Origin: an uncultured Desulfarculus sp. | GTDB taxonomy: Bacteria > Desulfobacterota > Desulfarculia > Desulfarculales > Desulfarculaceae | Assembly: GCA_963665125.2 (NCBI GenBank) | Contig: CAXXUK010000002.1 | Span: 96,001-160,000 of the forward strand | Length of the DNA: 64,000 bases | Direction of reading: 5' to 3' | Shown: positions 51,408 through 63,889 of the stretch, one piece after another | Layout of the letters: every line of letters begins with the position of its first letter | How positions within the stretch are numbered: position 1 is the stretch's first letter | The notes under the pieces: generated by a model | Seen by the model: the letters and a program-made list of their open reading frames with translations, nothing else | Database searches by the model: none | What the model was told of the DNA's origin: nothing | Position numbers and translations under genes: made by a program

Positions 51408-52619
51408 TTATTTGAGCGAAGGTGGACGGAACTGGGACGAACCGTCCGCGGCATCATTACCGTCGCTCAGGGGCAGACTCAGGGAAAATGTGGCCCCCCG
51501 ACCGGCCTGGCTTTTGGCCGTCAGGTCGCCGTGCTGTTCCAGGGCCATGCGCTTGGCCACGGCCAGACTCATGCCCACCGCATCGGCTTTGGTGCTGAAA
51601 AACGGATCAAACAAATACGGCATATCCGCCGGATCAATGCCCTTGCCGCTGTCGCATACGGTTATCACGGCGGCCTTGCCTTCCAAGCGCATACCCAGAC
51701 GCAACAGGCCATCGCCGTTCATTGCCTCCAGGGCGTTGCGGACCAGGGCCTCGGTGATGAAATCCAGCATCTCCGCGTCAGCCCGGACCCGTACCTCCAA
51801 GTTATCGCCGGTTTCAACGTGTTTGACGAAATTGACGCCCGCCACCGTGGCCTCGGCCTTGACCGTGTCGGCCTCCCTCTCGAACCAGTCGGCCAAGTTC
51901 AGGGGCCGCAGCCGCGGCGCGGGCAGGTCGGCGTAATCCCGCACCTCCTTGACGATTGTCTCCAGACGCTGGGTGCTCTCCAGGATGCGCTCCAGATAGC
52001 CAACGCTCTTGCTGTCGGCCGGGGTGTTGGACATCAACCGCCGGGTCAGTCCCCCGATGCTGGTTATGGGATTGCGTATTTCATGGGCCACGGCCCGGGC
52101 CAGGCGATCCAGGCCCTCGGCCTTTTCCTTGGCCAGGCGGTGGCTGCGGCTGAGCAGTTCGCGTTCCCGCTGGTGCATATGGGCCAGGTCGGTGGTGTCG
52201 TTGAGCACGATCAGTACGGCCTGGATCTCCTGTTTGCCGGACTGGGCGACATCGGTCATCACCGAAGCGCTGATGGTCAGCTGGCGTTCCAGGCCATCGG
52301 GCCGCACATAGGGCACCTGGATATTGTGATACTCGATATTCTGCTGGATCACCGTGATGATGACTTGATTGAAGTCCATGTTCTGAGATTCGCTGAAAAA
52401 CAGCTCGGCCCAGCCCTGGGAGGCCAACCGTTCCATGCCGATGCCCAGGATCCTGCTGGACGCCGGATTGGCCAACACTATCTGACCCTGCTTGTCGATG
52501 ACCAGCAGGCCATCGCTGAGCCGGGTGAGGATGGTTTCGGCGATATCGCGCCGGTCCCACAGGGGGCTTGACTCGTCCAGGGTTATCTGAACGGGCACCT
52601 GATCGTTGTCGTCGGCCAT
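51408..52619 (-). CDS. cytoplasmic PAS sensor histidine kinase
   Basis: PAS, AHEIRNPITSIGG, DSGKG, FDPFFSTK. Confidence 0.92.
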   Translation of the reverse strand: MADDNDQVPVQITLDESSPLWDRRDIAETILTRLSDGLLVIDKQGQIVLANPASSRILGIGMERLASQGWAELFFSESQNMDFNQVIITVIQQNIEYHNIQVPYVRPDGLERQLTISASVMTDVAQSGKQEIQAVLIVLNDTTDLAHMHQRERELLSRSHRLAKEKAEGLDRLARAVAHEIRNPITSIGGLTRRLMSNTPADSKSVGYLERILESTQRLETIVKEVRDYADLPAPRLRPLNLADWFEREADTVKAEATVAGVNFVKHVETGDNLEVRVRADAEMLDFITEALVRNALEAMNGDGLLRLGMRLEGKAAVITVCDSGKGIDPADMPYLFDPFFSTKADAVGMSLAVAKRMALEQHGDLTAKSQAGRGATFSLSLPLSDGNDAADGSSQFRPPSLK

Positions 52620-52673
52620 GGCGATCCTCCGTATGATTCCACCATAGGCCAGGGCGGCCACGGTAACAAGGAC

Positions 52674-53507
52674 TTAAAATGAGTCAAGGGCAATCCGCCG
52701 GGCCAGGGCCAGGTGATCTGGAACATTCCCGGCCATGTAGCCGCCTATGATTTCCCGAACCAGGGGCAGGGCGAAGGTTTCCAAATAGCGGGCGAGCTGT
52801 CGCTCCGGCGGCGTTGCGCCCGTGCGGATGTCCTGATAGTTGCCCGAAAGCACGCAGCCCAGCTGTTGGCCGCCCTCGGGCCATGGTGCGCCCACAAGGC
52901 GGGCCACCTGCCGGCCGTCTTCCACCTCGGCCAGGGGATGCAGCAGGCTCAGGCCGAAATCCGCGGCCAGGGAGCGGTAGGCCTCCAGGGAGCGGGGCAA
53001 CTGGTTTATCTTGATGCGGCCGTCGTGGCTGTGGCGCTCGCCGCTGATGATCGGCGCGCCGCCCAGCAGCCTGGCCAGGGGCAGGCGCACGGCGTGCAGA
53101 TACAGATGGCAGCCAACGCAGATGGGGCTGAAACCGAACTCCTGGAAAAGGCCGGTCAACGGCGCGCCGCAGAAGGCCCGCCAAAACAGCGGCGAACCCA
53201 ACACCACCAGGCCATGAACCTTGACGTGTCCGGGCAGGGCCGCCTTGAGCCTTTCCAGGGCCCGGGGCACCTCGGCCCATTGGCCGTGTTCGGTGCCGGT
53301 GTAGGCATAGGTGGGCAGCACCTGGCCTATGCCCCCGGCGCGCACGGCGGCCACGGCCCCGGCCACGCTGTCGCGCCCGGCCAGTTCGACAATGGCCGCG
53401 TCCTTGGCCAAAGCCAGGCTCTGGACCAATTCGTCGGGCAGCATTTCATTGGGAAAACCGATGATTAGTTCGGGCTTATTCAAAAATATGCCGGTCTGGA
53501 TGTCCAT
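52674..53507 (-). CDS. conserved hypothetical protein with PP-loop-like motif
   Basis: IVELAGRDSV, CVGCHLY.H, ISGER.SH, C.LSGNY. Confidence 0.65.
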   Translation of the reverse strand: MDIQTGIFLNKPELIIGFPNEMLPDELVQSLALAKDAAIVELAGRDSVAGAVAAVRAGGIGQVLPTYAYTGTEHGQWAEVPRALERLKAALPGHVKVHGLVVLGSPLFWRAFCGAPLTGLFQEFGFSPICVGCHLYLHAVRLPLARLLGGAPIISGERHSHDGRIKINQLPRSLEAYRSLAADFGLSLLHPLAEVEDGRQVARLVGAPWPEGGQQLGCVLSGNYQDIRTGATPPERQLARYLETFALPLVREIIGGYMAGNVPDHLALARRIALDSF

Positions 53508-53509
53508 GA

Positions 53510-54796
53510 TTAGTCCTTGAATAAAAGCGGTTGGCCGTGGCCGGGGAAAAACGGCACCTCAACGGGTCCGTCGCGCAGACCGGCCAGCCGGGCCCTGTCC
53601 AGGCCGCAGAGAAGGGTCTGCATCAATTCCCCGCCCCGCAGCAGGCTCAGGCTGCCAGCGGCGCACGAAACCTCGTCGAAACGGCTGACTTTGTCCCGCC
53701 ACTGGCCGATGCCGTGCAGGACCAGGGGCGAAGGCTGGCCCGCGTGGATCATTGATCCGCCGCTGGGCGTGGCGTGGTCGCCGGTGAGACAGAGCAGCAC
53801 CTCGCCGTCTTTGGCCAGGCGTTCCAGCCTGGGCCCGATGGCCGCGTCGAGCTCTTCCAAAACCTTGACCTTGGCCGCCGGATCGCCTTCATGGGCCGCG
53901 TCATCGGGCTCCTTGAAATGCAGATGAACGAAATCGCAGGTTTGGAGCATCTCCAGGGCCGCCTCCAGCTTGGCCTTGGCCAACTCCCCCACCGGGCCGT
54001 GGTGGGGCAGCATGTTTGTCTCTGCGCCCATGGCCTGGAAAATGCCCCGGTAGAGTCTGTGGGAGCTGACGCTGCCCACCTTGAGGCCCCAAAGTTCGTC
54101 CACCGGCGGCAGATCCCTGCGCTGGCCGGGCCGGTGGGTGATAACGGCGTTGACCCGGCCGCCGGACAGCCGCCGGTGGGCCCAGGCCAGATATTGCACC
54201 AGAAGGTCCCTGGCCGCAGCCGCCTTGGAATCGCTCTGGTGTTCGGCCCAGACCACCGGCTCCAGCACGGGCAGGCCGTCGACCAGAGGGTCGCTGTCGC
54301 TGATCCAGGGCCGGAAATCGCCGTGCAGAACCAGCACGGCCTGGCCCTTGCCCGAGGGGTGCAGCACCGCCCGGCCAAGGGGCGACTCAAACTCGGCCAC
54401 CGAGGCCAGCAAGGCGTCTTCCTCGTCGGGGTCCATCACCGGCTTGCGCTGCCCGATGATCAGCCCGCCGCCTTCCCGGCAACAGACCGCCAAGCGGGCC
54501 AGCAGGGCCACGTCGCCAGGTCCGCAATCGATGCCCTGCCCCTGGGCCTCCAGCCAGCCCCGGCCGGGAAACTGGTCCATGGTGTAGCCCATGAGCAGAA
54601 AATGGGCGATCTCGCTGGGCAGGGCCCGGCCCGGCGAGGAGGCGTGCCACAGGCCGCAGGCCCCCTCGGCCGCCAGGCGGTCAAGGGCCGGGGTGCGGGC
54701 CGCCTGCAACGGCGTGCGGTGATCCAGAACGGGCCAGGCGCGGTCGGCCACGCCGTCCAACATCAGCAACAGGCATTTGCGGGGCAGGAGGGTCAT
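53510..54796 (-). CDS. cofactor-independent phosphoglycerate mutase, ApgM/alkaline phosphatase superfamily
   Basis: LDGVADR...TPLQAARTP.LD, PSE.AH, FPGRG..EA, H.KEPDDAAH, TGDHATP. Confidence 0.85.
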   Translation of the reverse strand: MTLLPRKCLLLMLDGVADRAWPVLDHRTPLQAARTPALDRLAAEGACGLWHASSPGRALPSEIAHFLLMGYTMDQFPGRGWLEAQGQGIDCGPGDVALLARLAVCCREGGGLIIGQRKPVMDPDEEDALLASVAEFESPLGRAVLHPSGKGQAVLVLHGDFRPWISDSDPLVDGLPVLEPVVWAEHQSDSKAAAARDLLVQYLAWAHRRLSGGRVNAVITHRPGQRRDLPPVDELWGLKVGSVSSHRLYRGIFQAMGAETNMLPHHGPVGELAKAKLEAALEMLQTCDFVHLHFKEPDDAAHEGDPAAKVKVLEELDAAIGPRLERLAKDGEVLLCLTGDHATPSGGSMIHAGQPSPLVLHGIGQWRDKVSRFDEVSCAAGSLSLLRGGELMQTLLCGLDRARLAGLRDGPVEVPFFPGHGQPLLFKD

Positions 54797-55203
54797 TTCT
54801 TCCAGTCAAACACAATCTGCTGGACGAATTCGCCGTCGATGCTCGATGTACCGATTTTGCCGCTGACCGGGTCCATGGTCTTGTATTTGATCATCTCGCC
54901 CAGGGAAACTGCGCCCATCAACACGACCACCTTGAATGTTTCGCCCTTGAAGTTTTTCAACTCGACATAGCCGTCGCCCAGGTCGGTAAGGCTTGCGATG
55001 TCGTGAAGCGGCGCGCTTTGTTCGCTTTGCTCGAGCATAAAAGGCAGGGTTGAAACCAGGTCCAGAAACTCGACTACTTCGATGGTCTGCCCCTGGGTGT
55101 TGACGATTTTACCGCCCGGAGCGGATTTCCCGCCGGCCAGGACCGGAAAACAGGCCAATACCATGGCCGCCGTGAACAACATGAGCATGCGCAGGCGTTT
55201 CAT
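54793..55203 (-). CDS. exported hypothetical protein
   Basis: Signal peptide, AGGAG RBS; paralogue of the upstream lipoprotein. Confidence 0.7.
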   Translation of the reverse strand: MKRLRMLMLFTAAMVLACFPVLAGGKSAPGGKIVNTQGQTIEVVEFLDLVSTLPFMLEQSEQSAPLHDIASLTDLGDGYVELKNFKGETFKVVVLMGAVSLGEMIKYKTMDPVSGKIGTSSIDGEFVQQIVFDWKK

Positions 55204-55271
55204 TGGTCCTACTCCTGATCGTGAGGCAATATAATCCCGCCAAGGCGGGCCGCCGGATGGGCGTTGTCTTA

Positions 55272-55793
55272 TTAGTCTTGTTTGGTTTCTTTATACGGTT
55301 TTTTGGTCCAGATGAAATCTATCTGCTTGGTGGCTTCGCCGTCGATTCGCGACGGTTCATATTCGATGTTCTTTTTTTCCTTGTCGGCCTCGGCTTGGGC
55401 GGGCGTTTCCGGTTGTCGGCGCACCAGACTCACGATTTGAAAGTAGATCGCGTCCCTTTGGGAAATGGAGCCCATGGTGGCCACGATTTTATAGCTGCGG
55501 CCGTCGATGGTGGTCATGTTCAAATAGCCGTTGCCGATATCGGCCAGGCTTTTAATTAGGATAATGGGCGTGGAGTGGCGGGAGCCTTGATAGGTGAACG
55601 ACAAATAAGGCTCAAGGTAAACAAATCTTTCCACCTTGATGGACTCGCCCTTGAGGTTGACTATCGTGCCGCTGGCAATGTAATTGCGCAGGTGATCTTC
55701 TTCCGGCTCTTTTTTTTCGGTGGTGGCGCAGGCCGCAAGCAGAGCCAATATCAAAATCGCCGCCAAAACCGCGGCAGTCTTCAAACGCTTCAT
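55272..55793 (-). CDS. hypothetical lipoprotein
   Basis: LAAC lipobox, GGGAG RBS. Confidence 0.7.
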   Translation of the reverse strand: MKRLKTAAVLAAILILALLAACATTEKKEPEEDHLRNYIASGTIVNLKGESIKVERFVYLEPYLSFTYQGSRHSTPIILIKSLADIGNGYLNMTTIDGRSYKIVATMGSISQRDAIYFQIVSLVRRQPETPAQAEADKEKKNIEYEPSRIDGEATKQIDFIWTKKPYKETKQD

Positions 55794-55894
55794 CAACCAA
55801 GCTCCCAAGTATACGTTTTGTTTCACCCCATATGGTAGCATCATCCAGGCCGGGGGGTGAACAAAACGCTGAAGCTTTTCTTCGGGAAACCGCG

Positions 55895-56758
55895 CTAAAT
55901 GTCAACCTCCAGGATAATCCGCGGCGCGCGCATGCGGGGGGCCTGCTTTTTGATCTTCCTGGTGCTTTCAATATGGGCGATGTAGCATTCGGCTTCCTTG
56001 AAGTCGCCGTTGAGCTTGAGGGCCCGTTTCATGGCCTTTTTGGCCAGGTCGCTGCGGCGGCCTTCCTCGTGCAGGGCGCGGCCCATGTTGAACCACAGGT
56101 TTTCGTCCCTGCTGGCTATGGTCAAAGCCCGGTAATAATGTTCCAGAGCCTGTTCGTAAAGGCCGCATTTGCGCAGCTGGATGCCGAATTCGTTGAACAG
56201 GTGCTTGTGTTTGGGCTGATAGATGGCTTCGATGTTGGCCAGCCGGAAGAAAATATCGCGGGCCTTGCCATGTTCACCTTGGGCCACAAAGGTCAGACCC
56301 AGGCCGAAATTGGCCCGGACCGACTCTTCGTCCAAGTGCAAGGCCTTTTTATATTCGTATTCGGCGCTAAGGTATTCCTGGCGCTCGTAGTGCGCGTCCG
56401 CCTGCTCGATTATGATGTCAACCAGCCGTTCCTTGGGACTTTTTACGTGTTGCCAATAACCGGGTTGGTGCATGAACCGCTTGTGAAATTCATCTTGCGA
56501 CACCACCTCGCTAAGGGCGGTTGGATCGTTGTTGATATCCAGCAGGACGACATGAATCTTGCCGTCTTCGCGCTCGGTGGCGATCCAGTAGTTTTCCAGT
56601 GAGGTTTGCCTGGTGGTTTCCAGGTAACCGAGCGTAACATCGCTTTTCTCTAAGTATACTTCATTGCTGTATATTTTATGATGTGACACCACTTGGCTCC
56701 ACTTTGGCGTTTTGGGCGCACTACCGAGGAACCGCGCGGAGTAGAAACGGCGGGGCAT
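55895..56758 (-). CDS. tetratricopeptide repeat protein (start uncertain)
   Basis: ANFGLG, FNEFGIQLRK, YYRAL..DENLWFNMGRA TPR pattern. Confidence 0.85.
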   Translation of the reverse strand: MPRRFYSARFLGSAPKTPKWSQVVSHHKIYSNEVYLEKSDVTLGYLETTRQTSLENYWIATEREDGKIHVVLLDINNDPTALSEVVSQDEFHKRFMHQPGYWQHVKSPKERLVDIIIEQADAHYERQEYLSAEYEYKKALHLDEESVRANFGLGLTFVAQGEHGKARDIFFRLANIEAIYQPKHKHLFNEFGIQLRKCGLYEQALEHYYRALTIASRDENLWFNMGRALHEEGRRSDLAKKAMKRALKLNGDFKEAECYIAHIESTRKIKKQAPRMRAPRIILEVDI

Positions 56759-56942
56759 ATCTGATCAAAATACCGATAGGCAAAGTATAGCAGAGCGGGT
56801 AATAACGGCATTGGAAAAAAACTCAAATAACTGTGAAAAATTTGTGGCTAGTATACAAATTGCATACGGTATACAAAAAAATCTTGACAGTAATGCTCCC
56901 TGCTGCCAAAGTTAGTCCAACACCAGTTGAAAAAGGTTTTTT

Positions 56943-57056
56943 ATGATCGTTCACCGTCACAGCCATTACAGCCTCCAGGCCGCCGTTTTTCACGGCTGGT
57001 GGCGCTTTTGCGGCTGCCCGGCGGTGGTCCGGCGGGGCGACTTGATGGTCCCCTGA
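56943..57056 (+). CDS. trpL: trp operon leader peptide (37 aa, GWWR)
   Basis: MIVHRHSHYSLQAAVFHGWWRFCGCPAVVRRGDLMVP; tandem TGG at 56997-57002; AAAGG upstream. Confidence 0.8.
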   Translation: MIVHRHSHYSLQAAVFHGWWRFCGCPAVVRRGDLMVP

Positions 57057-57082
57057 CCGGCAACGGCAAACCAAGACGCTAT

Positions 57083-57113
57083 CCACCGCCTCCCCCAGGC
57101 GGTGGTTTTTTTT
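57083..57113 (+). terminator. attenuator terminator
   Basis: ccaccgcct-ccccc-aggcggtgg + T8; competing ggcggtgg at 57020-57027. Confidence 0.88.
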
Positions 57114-57139
57114 GGCCGAAACACTTGGAGCCCGAGAAT

Positions 57140-58527
<1,388 letters not shown>

Positions 58528-58528
<1 letters not shown>

Positions 58529-59112
58529 TGATCCTTATAATCGACAACTACGACTCGTTCACCTACAACGTGGCCCAAGCCCTGGGCATGTTGGGCAAGC
58601 AGGTGCGGGTGGAGCGCAACGACGCCATAAGCTCCGACGAGGCGGGCCGCCTGAACCCCGAGGCCATCGTCATCAGCCCCGGTCCGGGCCGCCCGGAAGA
58701 CGCCGGGATCAGCATGCAGGTCATCAATGACTACGCCGGGGCCATCCCGATCATGGGCATCTGCCTGGGCCACCAGTGCATCGGCCAGGTCTTCGGCGGC
58801 CAGGTGCGCCGGGCCATCCAGCCGGTGCACGGCAAGGTCCACCGGATTTTCCACGACGGCAAGGGCATGTTCTACGGCCTGCGCAACCCCCTGGAGGCCA
58901 CCCGCTACCACAGCCTCATCGTGCCCGAGGACACCGTGGGCGACCCCCTGGAGGTCAGCGCCTTCACCACCGATGGCGAGGTCATGGGTCTGCGGGCCCC
59001 GAACCTGATGATCGAGGGTGTGCAGTTCCATCCGGAATCGGTGGCCACGCCCCAGGGCCTGCAGATGCTTCGCAATTTCGTGGAGACCTATGTCGCCAGG
59101 CGGGCCGCCTGA
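58528..59112 (+). CDS. trpG: anthranilate synthase component II (glutamine amidotransferase)
   Basis: IDNYDSFTYN, SPGPG, GICLGHQ, RYHSL, QFHPES. Confidence 0.93.
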
Positions 59113-59199
59113 AATAGCTGTCTTGTCATCAAAGCCTTTAAAGGCATGGCAAATCGTTGTATCATCATCGCTTCAAGCGTAACCATGGGAGAATGACAC

Positions 59200-60240
59200 A
59201 TGGTCGTATCCATGCGCGAAGGATGCCCCAAGGCCGAGGTCGCCGCGGTTATCGCGGCCATGGAGGGCCGCGGCCTGAAGGTGCGGATCATCTCGCCGGG
59301 GCCCAAGGTGGTTCTGGGCGTTGTCGAGCAGGTCAGCAAGCATCTAACCGACGACCTTCGTTTTGAAATATCGGACATGCCCGGCGTGGAGGAAGTCAGC
59401 GACTTCCACACCGACTGGAAGCTGGTCTGGCGCGGGCCCAAACAGCCCACATCGGTTGTCCGCATGGGCGGACGGACCATCGGCGGCGACGAACTAATGG
59501 TCATCGCCGGTCCCTGCGCCGTGGAGAGCCGGGAGAATCTGCTGCAAACGGCACGCAGCGTGTGCGCCAGCGGGGCCGGGGCCATCCGGGGCGGGGCCTT
59601 CAAGCCGCGCACCTCGCCGTATTCCTTCCGGGGCCTGGGCGAAGAGGGACTCAAGTATCTGGCCGAGGCCAGGGAGGCCACCGGCCTGCCCGTGGTCACC
59701 GAGGTCATGAGCTTCCACGAGGTGGACCTGGTGGCCCGCTACGCCGACGTGTTGCAGATCGGCGCCCGCAACATGCAGAACTTCACGCTTTTGGAAGCCG
59801 TGGGCGAGGTGGACAAACCGGTGCTTTTGAAGCGCGGTTTGGGCAATACTGTAAAAGAACTGCTCTTGTGCGCCGAATACATCCTGGCCAGGGGCAACCA
59901 GCAGGTCATGTTCTGCGAGCGGGGCATCCGCACCTTTGAGACCGACACCCGCAACACCCTGGACATCCAGGCCGTGCCCATCCTCAAGCAGGCCTCGCAC
60001 CTGCCGGTGGTGGTGGACCCCAGCCACGCTGCGGGCAAGCGAGAGCTGGTGCCGGCCATGGCCATGGCCGCCGTGGCCGCCGGGGCCGACGGCCTGATGA
60101 TCGAGGTGCATCCCGATCCGCCCAACGCTTTCTCCGACGGCCGCCAGACCCTGGACCTGAGTTCCTTTGACCAGTTGATGAAAAAACTGGCCAGGGTGGC
60201 CGCGGCGGTGGACAAGACAATACCCGGAGTTGAAATTTGA
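59200..60240 (+). CDS. aroF: DAHP synthase, type I-beta with N-terminal regulatory domain
   Basis: [43 protein letters not shown]. Confidence 0.95.
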   Translation: MVVSMREGCPKAEVAAVIAAMEGRGLKVRIISPGPKVVLGVVEQVSKHLTDDLRFEISDMPGVEEVSDFHTDWKLVWRGPKQPTSVVRMGGRTIGGDELMVIAGPCAVESRENLLQTARSVCASGAGAIRGGAFKPRTSPYSFRGLGEEGLKYLAEAREATGLPVVTEVMSFHEVDLVARYADVLQIGARNMQNFTLLEAVGEVDKPVLLKRGLGNTVKELLLCAEYILARGNQQVMFCERGIRTFETDTRNTLDIQAVPILKQASHLPVVVDPSHAAGKRELVPAMAMAAVAAGADGLMIEVHPDPPNAFSDGRQTLDLSSFDQLMKKLARVAAAVDKTIPGVEI

Positions 60241-61493
60241 AACTAAGCGGAGAGATCACGCCGCCAGGCGACAAATCCATATCCCACCGCATGGGCCTTT
60301 TCTCCCTGCTGGGCCGGGGCACCGTGCGCGTGCGGGGCTATTCCCCGGCGGCCGACTGCACCAGCACCCTGCACGCCGTGATGGCCCTGGGCGGTGAAGT
60401 GGTCCGCGACGATGGAATCATCACCATAACCGGAGCCGAGGGCAAACTCCGCTCCGGGGTGGATATCGACTGCGGCAACAGCGGCACCACCATGCGCCTG
60501 CTGATGGGCATCTGCGCCGGCATCGACGGCGGCGTGACCCTGGACGGTGATGAATCCCTGCGCAAGCGGCCCATGGAGCGGGTGGCCGGTCCTTTGCGGC
60601 AAATGGGCGCCCAAGTGAGCTGCGCCGACGGCGGCACCCCGCCTGTGAAGATCAGCGGCGGCAACCTGGCCGGGGGGCGCTTCGAGCTGCCCGTGGCCTC
60701 GGCGCAACTCAAAAGCGCCCTGCTGCTGGCCGGGCTCAAGGCGGGCGGCCCCACCACGGTGATCTCTCCGGCGGCCAGCCGGGACCACACCGAGCGCATG
60801 TTCAAGGCCTGGGGCGTGGATATTGATTTCGACGATCTCAGCGCCACGGTCAAGCCGGGCCTGATGAATCTGCCCGGCGAATTCGTGGTGCCCGCCGACG
60901 CCTCGGCGGCCGCGTTTTTCTGTTGCGGCGCGGCCATCATCCCCGGCAGCCGGGTCACGGCCAAAAGCACGCTTTTGAACCCCGGCCGTATCGGCTGGGT
61001 CAAGGTCCTGGAGCGCATGGGCGCGCGCCTGGACATGGCGTTGGCAGGCTCCGAGCCCGAGCCCTGGGGCGACATCACCGTGGAATATTCGCCGGACAAG
61101 CGGGGCGTGGATGTGCCGGCCGAAGATATCGCCGGCCTGGTGGACGAGGTGCCGATCCTGGCCCTGGCCGCCACCCAATGCAAGGGTACGACGATCTTCC
61201 GGGATGTGGGCGAACTGCGGGTCAAGGAGAGCGACCGCCTGGCGGCCATAGTCAGCCAGCTTGGCCGCATGGGCGCGGACCTGCGAGAAGACGGCGACGA
61301 CCTGGTGGTAAACGGTCCCACACCGCTGAGCTTGCCCGAGGGCCTGATGCACAGCTTCGGCGACCACCGCATCGCCATGACCATCAAGATCGCCGGGGTC
61401 CTGGCCGGGGCCGACGCCGCCTTGGACGACCCCTACTGCATGGCCATCAGCCATCCCGGATTCGAGGTCGATCTGGATGCCCTGATCAAGTGA
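60237..61493 (+). CDS. aroA: EPSP synthase
   Basis: [47 protein letters not shown]. Confidence 0.96.
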   Translation: MKLSGEITPPGDKSISHRMGLFSLLGRGTVRVRGYSPAADCTSTLHAVMALGGEVVRDDGIITITGAEGKLRSGVDIDCGNSGTTMRLLMGICAGIDGGVTLDGDESLRKRPMERVAGPLRQMGAQVSCADGGTPPVKISGGNLAGGRFELPVASAQLKSALLLAGLKAGGPTTVISPAASRDHTERMFKAWGVDIDFDDLSATVKPGLMNLPGEFVVPADASAAAFFCCGAAIIPGSRVTAKSTLLNPGRIGWVKVLERMGARLDMALAGSEPEPWGDITVEYSPDKRGVDVPAEDIAGLVDEVPILALAATQCKGTTIFRDVGELRVKESDRLAAIVSQLGRMGADLREDGDDLVVNGPTPLSLPEGLMHSFGDHRIAMTIKIAGVLAGADAALDDPYCMAISHPGFEVDLDALIK

Positions 61494-61505
61494 GGCGGTT
61501 TTTTA

Positions 61506-62327
61506 ATGAGCAGCCCATATTATAAACTGGCCCTAATCGGCGACCAGCGTGCCCTGAAATCCCTTTCGCCGCGCATGCACAACCATGTGCTGAAAAAGCA
61601 CGGCTTGGCCGGTGAATACGGCATCATGGCCGTTGAGGCCCGGGAGGTGGAGCAGACCGTGCGGGCCATCGCCCAGCTGGACATGCGCGGGGCCAATGTA
61701 ACCGTGCCCCACAAGCTGGCCGTGATGGGCCACCTCAACGGTCTGTCGGAGTTGGCCCGGCGTATCGGCGCGGTCAACACCATCATCAACGATAACGGCA
61801 GACTGATGGGCGACAACACCGACGCCGGGGGATTCATCGACGCCCTGGCCGGGGCCGGCTTTGATCCCAAGGGCAAAACAGCCCTGCTGGTGGGAGCCGG
61901 AGGGGCCAGCCGAGCCCTTATAGTCGCTCTGGTGGATGCGGGGGCCGATCTTTACCTCTGCGCCAGGCGCGACGACCAGGCCCTGGAACTGGCCGTGGAA
62001 CTGGGCGGCAAGGCCGTGCCCTGGGCCGAGATGGAGCAGGCGGCCGGAAGGGCCGATCTGCTGGTCAACGCCGCGGCGGTGTCGGCCCCGAATGAGGCCC
62101 CGGAACTGGCCGGAAGGGTGGCCGGGCTGGCCCTGCCCCGGGGCGGGCTGGTCTGCGACATAAACTACGGCCGCACTGCAAATTTCTGGCGCGATCTGGC
62201 CCGGGCCAGGGACTGCGCCTTCATCGACGGTCTGCCCATGCTGGTGCATCAGGCCCGGCGTTCTTTCGAGATTTGGACCGGGATCGACGCCCCGGCTGCC
62301 GACTTTTTCGAGGCCCTTGATTTATGA
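61506..62327 (+). CDS. aroE: shikimate dehydrogenase
   Basis: SLSP.MHN, GANVTVPHK, GAVNT, NTD..G, GAGGAS, DGL.MLVHQA. Confidence 0.95.
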   Translation: MSSPYYKLALIGDQRALKSLSPRMHNHVLKKHGLAGEYGIMAVEAREVEQTVRAIAQLDMRGANVTVPHKLAVMGHLNGLSELARRIGAVNTIINDNGRLMGDNTDAGGFIDALAGAGFDPKGKTALLVGAGGASRALIVALVDAGADLYLCARRDDQALELAVELGGKAVPWAEMEQAAGRADLLVNAAAVSAPNEAPELAGRVAGLALPRGGLVCDINYGRTANFWRDLARARDCAFIDGLPMLVHQARRSFEIWTGIDAPAADFFEALDL

Positions 62328-63889
62328 AAACCACTGAAAATATCTTTCTGACCGGATTCATGGGCGCGGGCAAATCCAGCGCGGGTCTCATCCTGGCCCA
62401 GGCCATGGGCCGCCGCTTCGTGGACATGGACGACGAGCTGGTGGCCATCCTGGGCATGCCCATCGCCGATTTCTTTACCCAACAGGGCGAGGCCGCCTTC
62501 CGCAGGGAAGAGACAGCTCTGCTGGGCCGTCTGGCCAAGCGCCGGGGCATCGTGGCCGCCACGGGCGGAGGCGCGCCCATAAGCGAGGTCAACCGGGCCC
62601 TGATGCGGGGCCGGGGAAAGATCGTTTTTCTGGCGACAGGGCTCAATGATTGCCGCCGGCGCGTGGGCGCGGCGGGCCGGGACGCCCGGCCCAAGTGGCA
62701 GGACGATGATGCCGTGGCCGGGCTTTATACCCAGCGACAGCCCATCTACGCCGACTGCGACATCCGCGTGGACACCGGCGGGTTGGATCCCCTTCAGGTG
62801 GCGGCGGCGGTGATGAGCGCCCTGATCCCGGACCAGGTGTTCGACGCGGGCCTCGATGACAAACACTGCCCGGTGACGGCCACTTTCCAGGCCCCGGAAA
62901 AACTGGCTGAATTGGCCCGGGGCCGCCGGGTGGCGCTACTCACCGACGAAAACGTGGCCAGGCTGCACCTGGATCGCTACCGCCGGGTTTTGCAGCCCGA
63001 GACCGAGATCATCCTGCGGCCCGGCGAACGCACCAAGACCTTGGCTGGAGCCACCAAGGTCTATGACCAACTCATCGCCGCCCGCATGGAGCGCGGCGAT
63101 ATGATGGTGGCCATCGGCGGCGGCATGATCACCGACCTTGGGGCCTTCGTGGCCGCCACCTTCAAGCGGGGCATGGATTTTCTGTTGGTCTCCACCAGCC
63201 TGCTGGGCTGCGTGGACGCAAGCGTTGGCGGCAAGGCCGCGGTGAACCTGCCCCAGGTCAAGAACGTGGTGGGCATGTTCACCATACCCAAAGCCGTGAT
63301 CCTGGACCTGTGGGCCCTGTCGACCCTGCCCAGGGGCCAGCGGGCCGAGGGTCTGGCCGAGGCCTACAAGACCGGCCTGCTGGGTTGCCCGGAACTTTAC
63401 GAACTGATCAGCGGCAACATGAATGATCTGCTGGCCGGCGACCTGCCCGGCCTGGCGTCTTGCGCCCATCTGGCGGCGGCCACCAAGGCCGAGGTGGTCA
63501 GCGACGACTTCCGCGAAAAGGGCCGGCGGATGATCCTCAACCTGGGCCACACCTATGGCCACGCCGTGGAGGGCTGGCACAACTACCGCCTGAGCCACGG
63601 CCGTTCGGTGGCCATCGGCATGATGGCCGCGGCCCGCCTGAGCCAAAACCGGGGCCTGATCAGCGCCGAACTGGCCGACGAGATCGTGGCCGTTTGCGCC
63701 AAGCTGCGGGGCAAGGCCGTCAACCTGCCGGGCTTGGACGAGGCCTGGCCGATCATGCTGAACGACAAGAAGAATATCGGCGGCAAGATCATCTTCATTC
63801 TCCTTGAGGGCGTGGGCCGCGCCAGGGTCGTAAACGACGTAACCGAGGACGAACTGGCCAGGGCCCTGGAAGGCCTGGAGGAGGCCTGA
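62324..63889 (+). CDS. aroKB: bifunctional shikimate kinase / 3-dehydroquinate synthase
   Basis: [18 protein letters not shown]; then GE..K, GGG...[24 protein letters not shown]. Confidence 0.92.
   Translation: MKTTENIFLTGFMGAGKSSAGLILAQAMGRRFVDMDDELVAILGMPIADFFTQQGEAAFRREETALLGRLAKRRGIVAATGGGAPISEVNRALMRGRGKIVFLATGLNDCRRRVGAAGRDARPKWQDDDAVAGLYTQRQPIYADCDIRVDTGGLDPLQVAAAVMSALIPDQVFDAGLDDKHCPVTATFQAPEKLAELARGRRVALLTDENVARLHLDRYRRVLQPETEIILRPGERTKTLAGATKVYDQLIAARMERGDMMVAIGGGMITDLGAFVAATFKRGMDFLLVSTSLLGCVDASVGGKAAVNLPQVKNVVGMFTIPKAVILDLWALSTLPRGQRAEGLAEAYKTGLLGCPELYELISGNMNDLLAGDLPGLASCAHLAAATKAEVVSDDFREKGRRMILNLGHTYGHAVEGWHNYRLSHGRSVAIGMMAAARLSQNRGLISAELADEIVAVCAKLRGKAVNLPGLDEAWPIMLNDKKNIGGKIIFILLEGVGRARVVNDVTEDELARALEGLEEA

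Noticed and set aside
56927..57139. N-terminal extension of TrpE in the ORF track
   Set aside because: It spans the leader and attenuator; ATG 57140 with an upstream GGAG fits better
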